From assembly GCF_009914755.1 (NCBI RefSeq), contig NC_060927.1: a DNA stretch of 64,000 bases; one strand, written 5' to 3'. Below are positions 12,501 to 25,908 of this stretch, piece after piece. The first letter of the stretch is position 1, and each line of letters begins with the position of its first letter. Made by a program: the position numbers and the translations under genes. The notes beneath the pieces were generated by a model. That model was not told the origin of the DNA, did no database searches, and saw only the letters and a list, made by a program, of their open reading frames with translations. Source of the stretch: the human T2T-CHM13v2.0 reference genome, Homo sapiens.

Positions 12501-13533
12501 GTTGCAACAAGCACACCTAGTACCCAGATCTTGGTTTCTAATAGTACCCTCCAATAAAAGAAAGTGATGCTTGGAGAAATGAGTTCCTCTTAAAGTGGGG
12601 CAGAAAATACACAGAATGAGGCTGGAGTATCTTAAAGTGACAGAAAGTAATGAAGTTCTTTTAAAAACGTAAGCACAAAGACAGTATTATGTCAAAAGAA
12701 CAATTTGAGCAACAAAATCAAGTAGGTTGGATCAGAATCCAAAGTATAAAATAAATATCCATGAGTCCATACTGATGTAAATAATAATTGAATAAATAAA
12801 TTAATGACATATTCTGTGTTTAAGGAGGCAAATATAACTTCCCACTCCTGAAGGGTAGGCTGTGAAGAATATCCCTTTAGGGAGTACAGTATGGAAAAGG
12901 CAGGAGATAGGGAGACACAGGGCAACTTCACAGTGGAGAAGTGAAGGCTGATGAACAGAACCTAGCCAAGTGATCAAGGTCAACATCAACAGTGATAAGT
13001 CATTTTGATAGTATATACACTTGAAATGATGTGATGATATGATATGACTTCATCTGTGTGGTCTTCTAGAAAATATCTAACACCAATCCAATCATAAGGA
13101 AAGCATCACACAAATCCCAACTGAGGGATATTCTACAAAATACCTGACAAGTACTGCTCAAACTGCCAAGGTCATTTAAAAAACAAAAACAAAAACGAAC
13201 AAACGAACAAACCAGGAAAGTCTGGGAAGCTCTCATGTTGTCACAGTCAAGAGAAGCCTAAGGAGACATGACAACAAAATGTATTGTGTTACCCTGTACA
13301 GTGTCCTGGAACCGAAAAAGGACATTAGGTAAAAACTAAGGAAATATAGACTGTAGATATTAACTATATGATATCAAAATTGATTCGTTAATCGTAACAA
13401 ATATGCCACACTAACATGGCATGTGAATCACAGAGGAAATTGGATGTGGGGTCTATAGGGACTGTTTGTATTATCTTTGAAATAATTTTGTAAATCTAAA
13501 ACTATCCTAAAATTAAAAGTTTATTTAAAAAAA
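9590..13533 (+). mobile_element. L1MC(3)-like element: 5'UTR + ORF1 remnant joined to 3'UTR, ORF2 absent
   Basis: ORF1-like peptide MADTKPQIQKSQRTSSRINSKKSTLRH...RITGNFSSETMQ (11013-11237); long L1MC-type 3'UTR ending taaatctaaaactatcctaaaattaaaagtttatttaaaaaaa. Confidence 0.75.
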
Positions 13534-13549
13534 CTTGTGTGCACATCCC

Positions 13550-13850
13550 ACAAAAGACTCATACTTCGCAAACACTAACCAAGAACAAAAAGCTTTTGTG
13601 CCTATATTAAAATGAGCAGAACAGACTTTAAGGAAAAGCATTACTAGTGATCAAAAGGAACATGTCGTTATATAATGACTCAATTCACCAGAAAGAAGGA
13701 ACTATTCTAAATTTGTATTCATCTAATAGCATGTCTCAACATAAAGAGAAAGGAAAAATTACCAGAAGTACAAAAAGAAATGAGCAAATCCACCGTCATT
13801 CCAGGAGGTTAAAACACACTTCCCTCAGTCATTCAGAGAAAAGAGAACAA
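13550..13850 (+). mobile_element. Old L1M ORF2 endonuclease fragment (continues the ~9400-9580 piece)
   Basis: gcaaacactaaccaagaacaaaaagc...aacagactttaagg; peptide SIHQKEGTILNLYSSN resembles L1 EN SIHQEDITILNIYAPN. Confidence 0.65.
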
Positions 13851-14116
13851 ATCAAAAACTTGCTATTTACACAACATGGCATTTTGGATAAGATGATTTA
13901 TTGTAACACCCTGCTCTAGTTGTGTGAGAATGTAGCATCTTTGGTTCTATAAACCAAATGAGAGTATTTCCCTCAAATTATTATGAAAGCCAAACTGCCC
14001 CATACTTTTACAAATAAGGGAGGACAGCTTCTCGCAATTTCCTCCCCCAGGCCCCACACACTGTCTGAACCACAGAGTCATCAGACCTTCTTCCATGATA
14101 TAATCACACTATATAT

Positions 14117-14473
14117 TATCTTGACCCATTCAGGCTGCTATAACAAAATACCATAGACTGAGTAGCTTATAAACAGTAGGAAATTATTTTTCACAGTTCT
14201 GGAGATTGGGAAGCACAGGATACAGATTTGATGTCTGGTGAAGACCTATTTCCTGGTTCACAGATAGCACTGTCTCGATGGGTCCCCTCACTTGGTGGGC
14301 AGGGTGAACAAGTTCCCTTGGGCCTTTTTTATAAGGGCACTATTTTTATGCATGAGACTTCTTCCCTCATGATCAAATCATCTCCCAAATATACTACCTC
14401 TTAATACCATCACCTTGAGGATTAGAATTTCAACATATGAATTTGGGGAGACACAAACATTTAGACCTTAGCA
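14117..14473 (-). mobile_element. MaLR solo LTR, MLT1A0-like
   Basis: ccattcaggctgctataacaaaataccatagactg...catatgaatttggggagacacaaacatttagaccttagca. Confidence 0.87.
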
Positions 14474-14654
14474 GCTGTGAATATTTTCATTACAGCCCTT
14501 TCAAAGAGTTTTTAAATCTATACAGTGATGTGCCTGTCTTCCACATTGGAATGCTGATTTCACACATATATTGGACCAAATGGCATCAGAACATTATAAA
14601 ATCATTCTTTATAATTATAACAGTGGTTTTAAAAGGTGTATTAACCCTTTACTC

Positions 14655-14800
14655 ATTTAGCACTGTGCTTACATTTTCTCATCTATAAAATAGAAATAAT
14701 AATAGTTATTTTATTCTGAGACTTAAATAATGTAATGTATATAAAGCTGTTAGCAACATGCCTGAGAGTATAAGGCTTTGATCAAGTAGTAGTATTATTA
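14655..14800 (+). mobile_element. MIR fragment
   Basis: ctgtgcttacattttctcatctataaaatagaaataataatag...taaagctgttagcaacatgcctg. Confidence 0.65.
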
Positions 14801-15699
14801 CATTATTCACAGTACAAGCTGGCTCCCTATGGTAAAGCAAAGGCAATGTTGTAAAAGTCCAACCCAAGAGTGGTATTAGTGTTAGACCAGTCAAAGGGGT
14901 TTCATCTAGGAGAAAGATGTTTCTCAGGACAGTCTGAGATTGCAGTCAGAAGGCGAAACACCATGACTGAGACATCCTCAAATTTTTATCTGGGTGGTGT
15001 TCAATATCATTCTGAGGATATGATAAGATGGAAATAAATTTTAGAGAATAGTTTGTAAGTTGGCAGAATGGAGTGAGGGCAAGGCCACTGTGTGGTTCTG
15101 AACTGTTGCTGTGGTGGGGGAGAGGGATGGCCTCCCGTTTGTACCATGCATTGCTTGTACTCATAGGGAGAATAAATACTTCTCCCCCGATGAAATAAAA
15201 AGGAAATCAGCCTCTCTGAGGCAACACAGACTGAGGACCTCTAAAACATTCTGCCTGACTAAAGCCCTCCTCATGCTTCTTAACGGAAAGGCTGTAAGGG
15301 CCAGATAGTCTGAGATGCTAAGGAAGGAAAAGAACTGTGGGAGTAGAATGCCGGAGAAAAAACCCAAGCTCTTTGATTTCCCTTAACGTCAGTGACACAG
15401 AAACAAGGGACAGATTGAGAAGAGCCTCCCTATTTCTCTCTAGGTTATAAGAGTAGTGGCATGCTAACAGTGGCAGCAACCCCTATTAGCCACCCTTTTT
15501 TATTCAAATAGCCAGCCATTTGACATTAACACTAAATGTGTCTCCTCAATAGCAAGCATTGCCTTCAAAGCTTCTTGTGTGTCAGTCAGCCAGAGAACCA
15601 CTTAGTGTCATTGGGAAGTCCAGCTATGGCATTTTCTTCCAAGTGACAGACAATATTTTCTTTACTGCCCCATCCAAAAAATGTGGGAATCTGTATATT

Positions 15700-15706
15700 T
15701 GTGTGA

Positions 15707-15750
<44 letters not shown>
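15700..15750. repeat. (TG)n microsatellite
   Basis: About 20 uninterrupted GT units preceded by gtgtgagtga. Confidence 0.95.
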
Positions 15751-15754
<4 letters not shown>

Positions 15755-15854
15755 CAAAAGTCATTGGGCCATGTTCATGTTCATACTGTTCAACAGCAGT
15801 CTCAACTTCCCATTTATTTAAAGGCTGACCACTGCTTAATGGCAAAATAAGCAT

Positions 15855-15996
15855 TGCACCCACTGTCTAACCAGTCCCAATGAGATGAGCCAAGTATCTC
15901 AGTTAGAAATGCAGAAATCACCTGCCTTCTGTGTTGGTCTTGCTAGGAGCTACAAACCAGAGCTGTTCCTATTTGGCTCTCTTGCCTGGGAATCCC
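15855..15996 (-). mobile_element. Isolated extreme 5' end of a primate L1PA (L1PA7/8-like) 5'UTR
   Basis: tgcacccactgtctaaccagtcccaatgagatgag...gaaatgcagaaatcacc...gagctgttcctatttggc is the antisense first ~140 nt of L1PA. Confidence 0.85.
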
Positions 15997-18299
15997 AAGA
16001 ACTTCTTTTAGTGTGTAACAAGGCTGAAACTTGAACTTTGGTCTGTCAGTCTAAAATCTTAACCATTATTTGATGTAATCTTTAGTAAATGCCATTGCTT
16101 ACCAACTGTAGCACAGTATAACAGTTATGGCATTTGTGTTAAGATGGGGGCTTAAGCCCTAACTTTGCCACATATTATTGCTAATAGAGGAAACTCTATT
16201 TGCAGGAGCTTCCATGTGCTCAAGGATTCATGAAGAGGTATTTTGATTGTTGTGGAGTAATGACTGTCATATTTCTGGTTTATATGGGGAAAAGGCAATG
16301 GAGAACAAACCAGATAGACTAATGAAGGAGGTGTCAGTTCCCTGCTTCCTTTCATTCTCTTCAAAAGTATAAATGCTTTTGCCATTAAAGGTTGGGAAAT
16401 TACCTTTTCTGAAGTACACAAAGGAGCAAATAATTGCTTTTAGGATATTTTTCTTAAGAAAAAATATATTTTAATGTACTGTTTACTAAAACTTAAACTT
16501 ACACTTCTTACATATTTTACAGTCTTACTTTTTTCAGATTTTTAAAAATGTTACTGAGCTCCATAGGTTTAAATCATGTTTCCTTTTCATTAAGAACACT
16601 TTAAAAAAAAAAAAAAAAAAGAAGCTTGCTATTTTTACCATATTTCCTGAAGTTGGCTCTTCAAGGAGGAAGAACAAAGAAATTACTCAACGTTTCCTAA
16701 TTTAATGGTCAGAATGAATCCAGCACCCCAACATACAAGAGCATCAAGAGCGACTGGCAAAGAATATATTTCTCTCTCACTTAGAGTGCAATGGCTTAGT
16801 GAAACTGCTTGTGTTAGTACAGGGAGTGGGCTTGGGGTTAGGGACTGGTTGGGAGATGGGGCAGGAAGGAATTCTTAGAGTAGGATCACTTGTCTGATAA
16901 AAAAAGAATTACATTTTATTTTAAAGCTGGATGTGACCATAAAAATCATGCAGGTCTATCTTTTTCATTTCTCCAATGAAGGAAAGGAGGCCAAGACAGT
17001 TTTCATAGGGTAAAACATGACTCTTAACACCACCTGCTAAGCTGGCTCAAAGGTGAATTTGAACAATAGCCAGGACAGTTCCTTCTAGGGTTGTACGAGA
17101 ATCTGAGAATCCTCCATGAAGTCCCTCCAATGGGATAAGGATGTCTTATCTTCACTCCATTGTTGCTGATACTCTGTTCAAGGACCTGGGGTCTCTGAAA
17201 ACTAACAAATCTGCTGCAACAGAGTTAAGCTCAGCTGTGGAAATCTCTGATTCTGGAGCCTCCAGATCAAGGTAAAGCTTTTGGTGGCACCACAGACTTT
17301 CCTGGGTGCAACCAGGAATGGGGCCTAAGTCTTCCCTATACACAGGCTCCCAAACTCTATCCTTCTCACAGATTGAGGGGAAATACGCCATCTCTCTCAT
17401 GGCCCATGCTGTTTTTCCATTGCATTATCCAATTCTACATATACAATAGGCTTCTGCATGATTTCAGACTTGCACAGATAGGCAGAATGAATAACATTCA
17501 TCAGCTTCTCACTCACACCATGAAAAAAAAAACATGAAATAGAAAAAAACACAGATCTGACAACCTCCATGAAACAGAAGAGAAAAAATACAGGAAGCAC
17601 AACACTTATAGCTCTAACTTGGCATGGTTCTCTACAGCAGAAAAGTAAAACCTAATTAATATGTCAGGAAATGATCACATTGCAAGGGCTAATATTATTT
17701 CCCATTTAACTTCACATTGAATGTTAAGCTACAATGTGATAAATGCTGTTTATTCAGGCCATCCCTGCAGGTTTCTCCAGGAGCTGTGTGGCGGAAAAGT
17801 TTGAGAAGCACTGAAGTAGGCCAACGCCTTCATTTTATAGGTGAGGAAAATAAAGCCCAGATATGCTTTCTGTGGTTGCATATATCACTGATGGCAGATT
17901 TAGGTCACAGTTAGGTGGATGGAGGCCTTAGAGTTCGTGGTGAGCTTGGGTAAACCACATCATTTACTTCAATCTATAAAGAAGGCCATAGAGCCCAATA
18001 TGCTCCTAAACATGAGAGATTCCACCCCGGGCCCCTGATACTCTTGGCTTAGTCCCTGTAGCCACACCATCACCTGTCTCACCAATCCCAATCACACAAA
18101 AGGCCAGTCCTGAGAAGCCTCCTCTTGTTAAAAGTGATCACTCATCTTTTCCATGAACCACCAGGACAAGCCCTTTAATTCTTACACCCATCACTATCTA
18201 GGTCACTGCTGGTTGTCCAAACAACTCAAGTCATCCATTAGCACTAGGATATTTTCCTCACAGGACTCTGAACGTTCATAACCTAAGCCAAATTTTTAC

Positions 18300-18680
18300 T
18301 CTTTACCAAGCTCCCAAGCCTTTCCATTATGCCTTCTGGAACACTTCACGTGGCATTGACAAAATTCCCAACTTCCTCAGCCTCTTTTTTATTGAATTTC
18401 CTTCACCTCCAGAGCTCATTGGCACCTGGCCCACCTCAAGGAGATTGTTTCTTTGGTAACCCTCTTAGTGATAGCTGCTTCTTTTGCTCACAACCCAAGT
18501 ACTGCAGGGCCTGGAAGAGGGTTAGCTGTTCTTAATGCTTATTGCTGGATTATTTATCCTCCCTTTTCACAAACCCCCACAAGGAAAATCTCTTTATTTA
18601 AAGAGATCTGATGGCACAGGCCATCAGACCATCCAATCCACCGCCCTTCTTTGTTGATTTTTCCTGATTTCTCATCACTC
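18300..18680 (+). mobile_element. Possible L2 internal (endonuclease-region) fragment
   Basis: ggccatcagaccatccaatccaccgcccttctttgttg resembles recalled L2 ORF2 5' consensus. Confidence 0.35.
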
Positions 18681-18839
18681 CCTATTCAGCTTTTAGAAAT
18701 AGCATACTACCACTATTACTATAACTATTTCTGAGATTTCTATATCCCATTAAAGTGCAAGAAATCCATAAAATAAGAGAGAGAGAATGGGAAAAGTAGA
18801 ATGGAGGATAAATAAAAGTAGAAAGTAATTTAACTGACA

Positions 18840-19740
18840 TAATAGAGAAGACACAATAACATGTGAGCTGCTGGTGGTGGTTGGGTATGAATTGCCAAAA
18901 ATAAGCAAGATAACTCTCGCCATAGCCCCATCTCACCCTCAGATACACACATATTTATTACATCAGGTACTTCTGAAGTCAGGAAAGTCAGAGGGAACAG
19001 AAAAACAGAAAACGTACTTGAAAGTTTGATTAAGGAGCAGTGAGAAATCTAGATCTCCTTGTCTTTCCTAGAACCCCAAGGACCTGTCCCTCCTCCACTC
19101 TGGAAGAAGCCTGGATGTTTACTCTCCCAAGGTCTTAACTGAAAAAGCAATGGGCCTTGAGAATACGAGGTACAAGGAAGGCTGGGGGTGACGTTCCGAT
19201 ACTGAAAATAACGGATTAAGAGAAAATCTGTCTGCTGAAAATTGAGTCCCCAGCTCTCTCTCTCTATTCAAATCCTAAACCCCAAAGTCAGCTTTATAAC
19301 AGCAAACTTGAATGGGAGGTGAAAGAATCCAAGACTGACAGCAATTGACCTTTGGCAATCCCACAAATAAATGGCCTGGGTTTCCTTCTGATCAATCTAC
19401 AATGAAGTGTATCAGTTGACAGGCACTACTGCCCCACCACCATCATGACTACCACACCGTATGCCCCACAGACAAAATCACATGGCGAGTTGCCAAATAT
19501 CAACTTGATGTATGTTCCTAAGAGCCTAGGATGATTAAGCATTTGAGAAAGTATTTAACATGAAGGTCAGAGAAAAAATTCAAAAAACAGAGAAAAAAAC
19601 AGAAGAAAAAGAGGCAATACTCCGAATAGAAGAAAACATAAAAAGAATTAATATCCATAGGTGATAAAAAGCAAAAATAGTGCTTTGATTATATTGCAAA
19701 TGGTTGCAATAAAAGGAAGACTATGAGAAAAATAAAGAAA
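18840..19740 (+). mobile_element. HAL1/old L1ME 5' region remnant
   Basis: gaaagtttgattaaggagcagtgagaaatctagatctcc...tggaagaagcctggatgtttactctc followed by an A-rich ORF1-like tract. Confidence 0.45.
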
Positions 19741-19757
19741 TGTTAGAGATAAAAATA

Positions 19758-20062
19758 GTCCAGGCATGGTGGCTTATGCCTGTAATCCCAGCACTTTGGA
19801 AGGTGAAGGTGGGTGGATCACTTGAGCCCAGGAGTTTGAGACCAGACTGGGTGACATGGAGAAACCCTGTCTCTACAAAAAAATACAAAATTAGCCAAGC
19901 ATGGTGGCATATGCCTGTAGTCCTGGCTATTTGAGAGGCTCAGTTGGGAGGATCACTTGAGCCCAGGAGGTGGAGGTTGCAGTGAACCAAGATTGTGCCA
20001 CTCCACTCCAACCTGGGCAACATAGCAAGATCCTGTCAAAAAAACAAAAGAAGAAAAAAGAT
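19758..20062 (+). mobile_element. AluJ
   Basis: ggatcacttgagcccaggag in both arms; TSD ttagagataaaaat at 19743-19756 and 20066-20079. Confidence 0.93.
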
Positions 20063-21829
20063 ATATTAGAGATAAAAATGATAATAACATAAATTTAAAA
20101 ATGGCATGGGCATATTTAAAGATAAGTTAAGGAAGCCGAACATAAGAAAAAGTGATTACGTTCTTCTAGTATTTCTATGTCTGTTAAGGATATATAATGA
20201 TGATTGTATACATACAATGCTATAGCAATAAACCACACACACATACACACACAGAAAGCATATAGTCAACTGAAGAGCAAACTCTGGATAATAATTAAAA
20301 TTGGAAAATTATTAACTTACTATGCTACTAATCCCATTTACATATCAAAATTTTATTTTTATGGAAATTTTTCTTTCCTTTTTCCAATTTTAGAATAATT
20401 TTTCTTTTGTTTTCTCCAATAACTTTAATACAAGTATAATAGGGTACAGTGTACAAGTGTACTTAGCACTTTGTAAATTGCATTTTTCATAGTTCTATGT
20501 TGATAGTAGAATGGTTATGGTAATAGCTTTGTAATCTACATGAGTTTTTCAATTTTCCTTTATAAACATGTAATCAAGGCAAAAGATGTTATTTTGCTGA
20601 ATAATCAATAATAGCAATTCTATAGCTCTGTGCTGTGCACATTGGGTAAATATATACATAAAAACTTATTTTTATGTCAGGTTTCAGTATCTTGTGTCTG
20701 CTTGTCTTATTTAAGGGACAGATTTTTTAACTCAAAAACAATGTGAACAAATATTCATTTTTTATAAATATATCGTATTTCACTGTTCTTTACATAGCAG
20801 TTAGTTGCATTTTAAAAGAAATCATGAGTATTGCTATTTATTTAATAATACAGTTAACAGAGCTAAGGAGGAAATTACAGCGATAATAAATGTGTTATCA
20901 GTGAAATAATTGCTCCATTGTGGCTTCCTCATTAAAGACCATAAGTCAATGAGCTGTGTGAAAGTTTGCCGCTGATTTTTTTCTGGGCACTGTATTTGCA
21001 TGTTATATAAATGTCCTATTTGTACCATATGATTGCTAGAGACTCAATGAGCCATTTTAATGGCAAACAGTTAACACATTACTTTCTGTCCTTCTGTTTT
21101 ACTCATGTGGTAATTGTAGAAAAAGTTTAGTTGCTCCAATGTTCTTTTAAATAATTAAATTGCTTGTTGGCTGCATTTTCCCCTTGATATAGTGAATGGT
21201 TGAAAATAATTCATCTTGAAATTGAGTAATAACCATGACTGTGTGTTACAGGCACATAACTAGTTTGGATTTTTTGAAAATGCTGTTTCAATTAGATTCA
21301 AATGGTAAATGGAGAAGTTTTATCGGCATGAGACAAACATGTTCTACTACAACTTCTTACATTACGTTCTCAAATTTATTTTCTTCTAAGAATACCATTG
21401 GTTATTTCAATGCTGAGATTCTTTGTTCAGGTATCGTATTTGAGCCAAAGTTTCTTTTGAGAATCAGCCTCTCATTGGCAAACAAGGCAGATACTGAATA
21501 AAGTCCTGGAGGGGAGGGAGGCTGTCTGAGTCACTGCTGCATCACTTCAAGGTTGGGGCTCACGGCAGAGGTTTAACAAGTTCCAAGGAAATGACTAAGA
21601 TTGGTATTCCTGAAACACAGCTTGTGACAGTCCACTGGGGCCCAGGTGGCTCTTCTGAGATGGCCTCATAGATTTAAGTTTTACACGGTCCATCAGAGCA
21701 AATAAGAGCGTATTCCTTATGTCTAACACCCTAAAGGATTTTCCTTCTCAAGTCATCCTTTATATATTCATTCTTCTATCAAGTGTCAGTAACTTCTTAT
21801 TACCACTTTTTTTAACAAAGTATGCTTAT

Positions 21830-22015
21830 ATTTGCCTTTTAAATAATTTGTATAAATTCAAGGAGTAAAAAGGCAGTTTTGTTATGTGAACATATTTATA
21901 GGTGAAATAGTGTACATTGTACCCATTAAGTAATTTCTCAACCCTCACCTCTCTTCTCTCCTCTCAACCTTCTGAGTCTCCAATGACTATTATTCTACAC
22001 TCTATGTCCACGTAT
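21830..22015 (-). mobile_element. L1MA-type 3' end fragment
   Basis: aaatagtgtacattgtacccattaagtaatttctc...tctgagtctccaatgactattattctacactctatgtcca. Confidence 0.7.
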
Positions 22016-22025
22016 CACTTTCTTT

Positions 22026-22213
22026 CTTATTTAAAAAAAACTTGTATTTTAGGTCTAGGGATATATGAGCAGGTTTGCTATATAGGTAAACTCGCATCAT
22101 GGGTAGGGGGTATTGTTGTACAGATTATTTCGTTACCCAGGTAGTAAGCCTGGTACCCAATAGTTATTTTTTCTGATCCTCTCCCTCCTCCCATTCTTCA
22201 CCCTCAACTAGGC
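22026..22213 (-). mobile_element. 5'-truncated L1PA15/16-like 3' end
   Basis: gcaggtttgctatataggtaaactcgc...ttgtacagattatttcgttacccagg; TSD cactttcttt at 22016-22025 and 22214-22223. Confidence 0.8.
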
Positions 22214-22261
22214 CACTTTCTTTATATCTGGAATTCTTCTTGGGATCATAGGAAGATTAAA

Positions 22262-22400
22262 CTCATTCATTCATCTACACATTCATTCAAAATTATTATT
22301 GAGTGCCCACTGTGCCAGGGACTATTCTAGGAGCTCAAAATTTGTTAGTAAACAAAGCCCCCTCACCAACCCATCCTGGTGCTTACATTGTGGGACCCAA
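22262..22400 (-). mobile_element. L2 3' end
   Basis: cattcattcat...ttattgagtgcccactgtgccagggactattctagg. Confidence 0.75.
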
Positions 22401-23018
22401 GACAAGAGTACAAATGAATACAATTTACCCTATGCCTAGATATTTAAAAGCCATTCATCAAGTTAACAAATGACTGAATAAAATGCATTTTCTCTTCCTA
22501 CCCTAAAAAATATGCCTTTATGACTTTCAAGTTCAAGTTTAGAATTCTCAAACCCCATGGAATTTCCCACTAGAACATAAGGGTCTAATGAGGAGAGCCA
22601 GTCTTCAGTCCCTGGCTCCCAGCTGAGGCCTGGGTCTCCCTCCTCTCACTCTCTTCTCCCTTCTGCCCTGCACAGGTCTTCCTGCATGTTTGTGTGAACA
22701 CCTCTAACCCTGTCCAAGCTCTGTTTACACTTTCTGAGGACAACTCATGAGTATAGGGATGAACTCAGAAGGAGACCCATGGAGACCCTGGAAGCAAGCT
22801 CAGGCTCACTTGAGAAAGGAATTCCAAGGTCCTCAGTATTCATAGTATGGACTATAAAAAGGGCTAAGCTCTCTGGGTGGACAGATCCTTCCTTTACTCC
22901 ACCAGGGACCAGCATTCCAGGTCTTCTCCTGTAACTACAGCACTGTAAAGCCTGACTGGATAAATCTTAGAGGTAGACCAAGTAATAAAGAAAAGTTCGC
23001 CTAGCCTAGGGGATTTTC

Positions 23019-24652
<1,634 letters not shown>

Positions 24653-25365
24653 CTTCACACATAAGCAGGGCTTTTGTGAGGTTTCTGCAGGACTTTTCTG
24701 CAAGTCTATGAGTCAGTTGTGAAGGAAGATTCAGATCTTCCTTGTTGTACACAGTAAATAACACATGGTAAATATCTCCAATGCTGGGAGCAGGCACACC
24801 AACTGCCAAGCACCTACTACAAATAGGTAGTATCACATTAGATGTAGAACTGTGGCACAAGATCAATCTGTAGGTGGACATATACTTTCCCATGGTTCTT
24901 TACAAGGCATGTTGAGCATCTTTGATGAGTTTGTCAACTTCTGTCAATAATACCATTTTAAAATATCTGACAGTTTGTTTCAAGTTGCTGTGACTGAGCC
25001 ACTGTTTTCAACATCTTCTGAATTACTACCTCATCAATATTTCCAGCATCACTGGGATTAACTTCAAGGTGGTAATTACTTGCAATGGTGCTAATTTCAA
25101 TTTTTTTAGATGGAGTCCTGATGGTCTGGTATTTAATTCTCAATTTTTCCACTCCAACACCATAAAGTTGATGTAGAACACACATAGCACTTGTCTTTTT
25201 TCCAGAACCTGATGGTCCATACACTTAAAGGTGAGGAAACTCACCACCCTGCACCAGGTTGTATAGCTGGGCTGCCTGCTCCCTGTGATACTCCATCCAT
25301 CCCAAGGATTAGGGCTGGTACTTGTCTACCCAGAGGCTCATGAAAGCTTGAGTTCCTGGGGTCTG
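24653..25365 (-). pseudogene. RFC3: Processed pseudogene of replication factor C subunit 3 (residues ~1-231, 3'-truncated)
   Basis: ATG at 25341 reads MSLWVDKY; YGPSGSGKKT...STIASNYHLEVNPSDAGN...MLKTVAQSQQLETN; KYMSTYRLILC...AEKSCRNLTKALLMCE. No introns; TAA at codon 39 (25227-25225), frameshift near 24965, second stop near 24903. Confidence 0.95.
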
Positions 25366-25391
25366 ATAAATGAAAGTCCCACATACATGTC

Positions 25392-25461
25392 TGTCTTTTT
25401 AATAATAACCATTCCGGCCAGTGTGAGATGGTATCTCATTGTGGTTTTGATTTGCATTTCT
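25392..25461 (-). mobile_element. Short L1 ORF2 fragment
   Basis: tttttaataataaccattccggccagtgtgagatggtatctcattgtggttttgatttgcatttct. Confidence 0.8.
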
Positions 25462-25604
25462 GAAGAGAGAAAACTTAATGCTACTTTGGTACATGAAGTT
25501 TGTATTCTGAAGTCAACTTTAATTCCACAGAGTTACAATATATTTGTAATATCTCATATCTGCCTGCCCTGAAAGGTGAGACTGTTGACTTAAAGGGCAC
25601 TTTT

Positions 25605-25908
25605 GGCCGAGCGTGGTGGCTCACGCCTGTAATTCCAGCACTTTGGGAGGCCGAGGCAGGCGGATCACAAGGTCAGGAGATCGAGACCATCCTGGCTAAC
25701 ACGGTGAAACCCTGTCTCCACTAAAAAAATACAAAAAAAAAAAAAAATTAGCTGGGTTTGGTGGTGGGCGCCTGTAGTCCCAGCTACTCAGGAGGCTGAG
25801 GCAGGAGAATGGCGTGAACCCAGGAGGCAGAGCTGGCAGTGAGCCAAGATGGTGCCACCGCACTCCAGCCTGGGCGACAGAGCGAGACTCCATCTCAAAC
25901 AAAAAAAA
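25605..25908 (+). mobile_element. AluY
   Basis: gatcgagaccatcctggctaacacggtg; gaatggcgtgaaccc; TSD aaagggcactt; expanded central A-tract. Confidence 0.96.

Noticed and set aside
22580-22980. GC-richer block that might be an LTR or exon
   Set aside because: I could not match it to a repeat consensus or find convincing splice sites, so it is left unannotated
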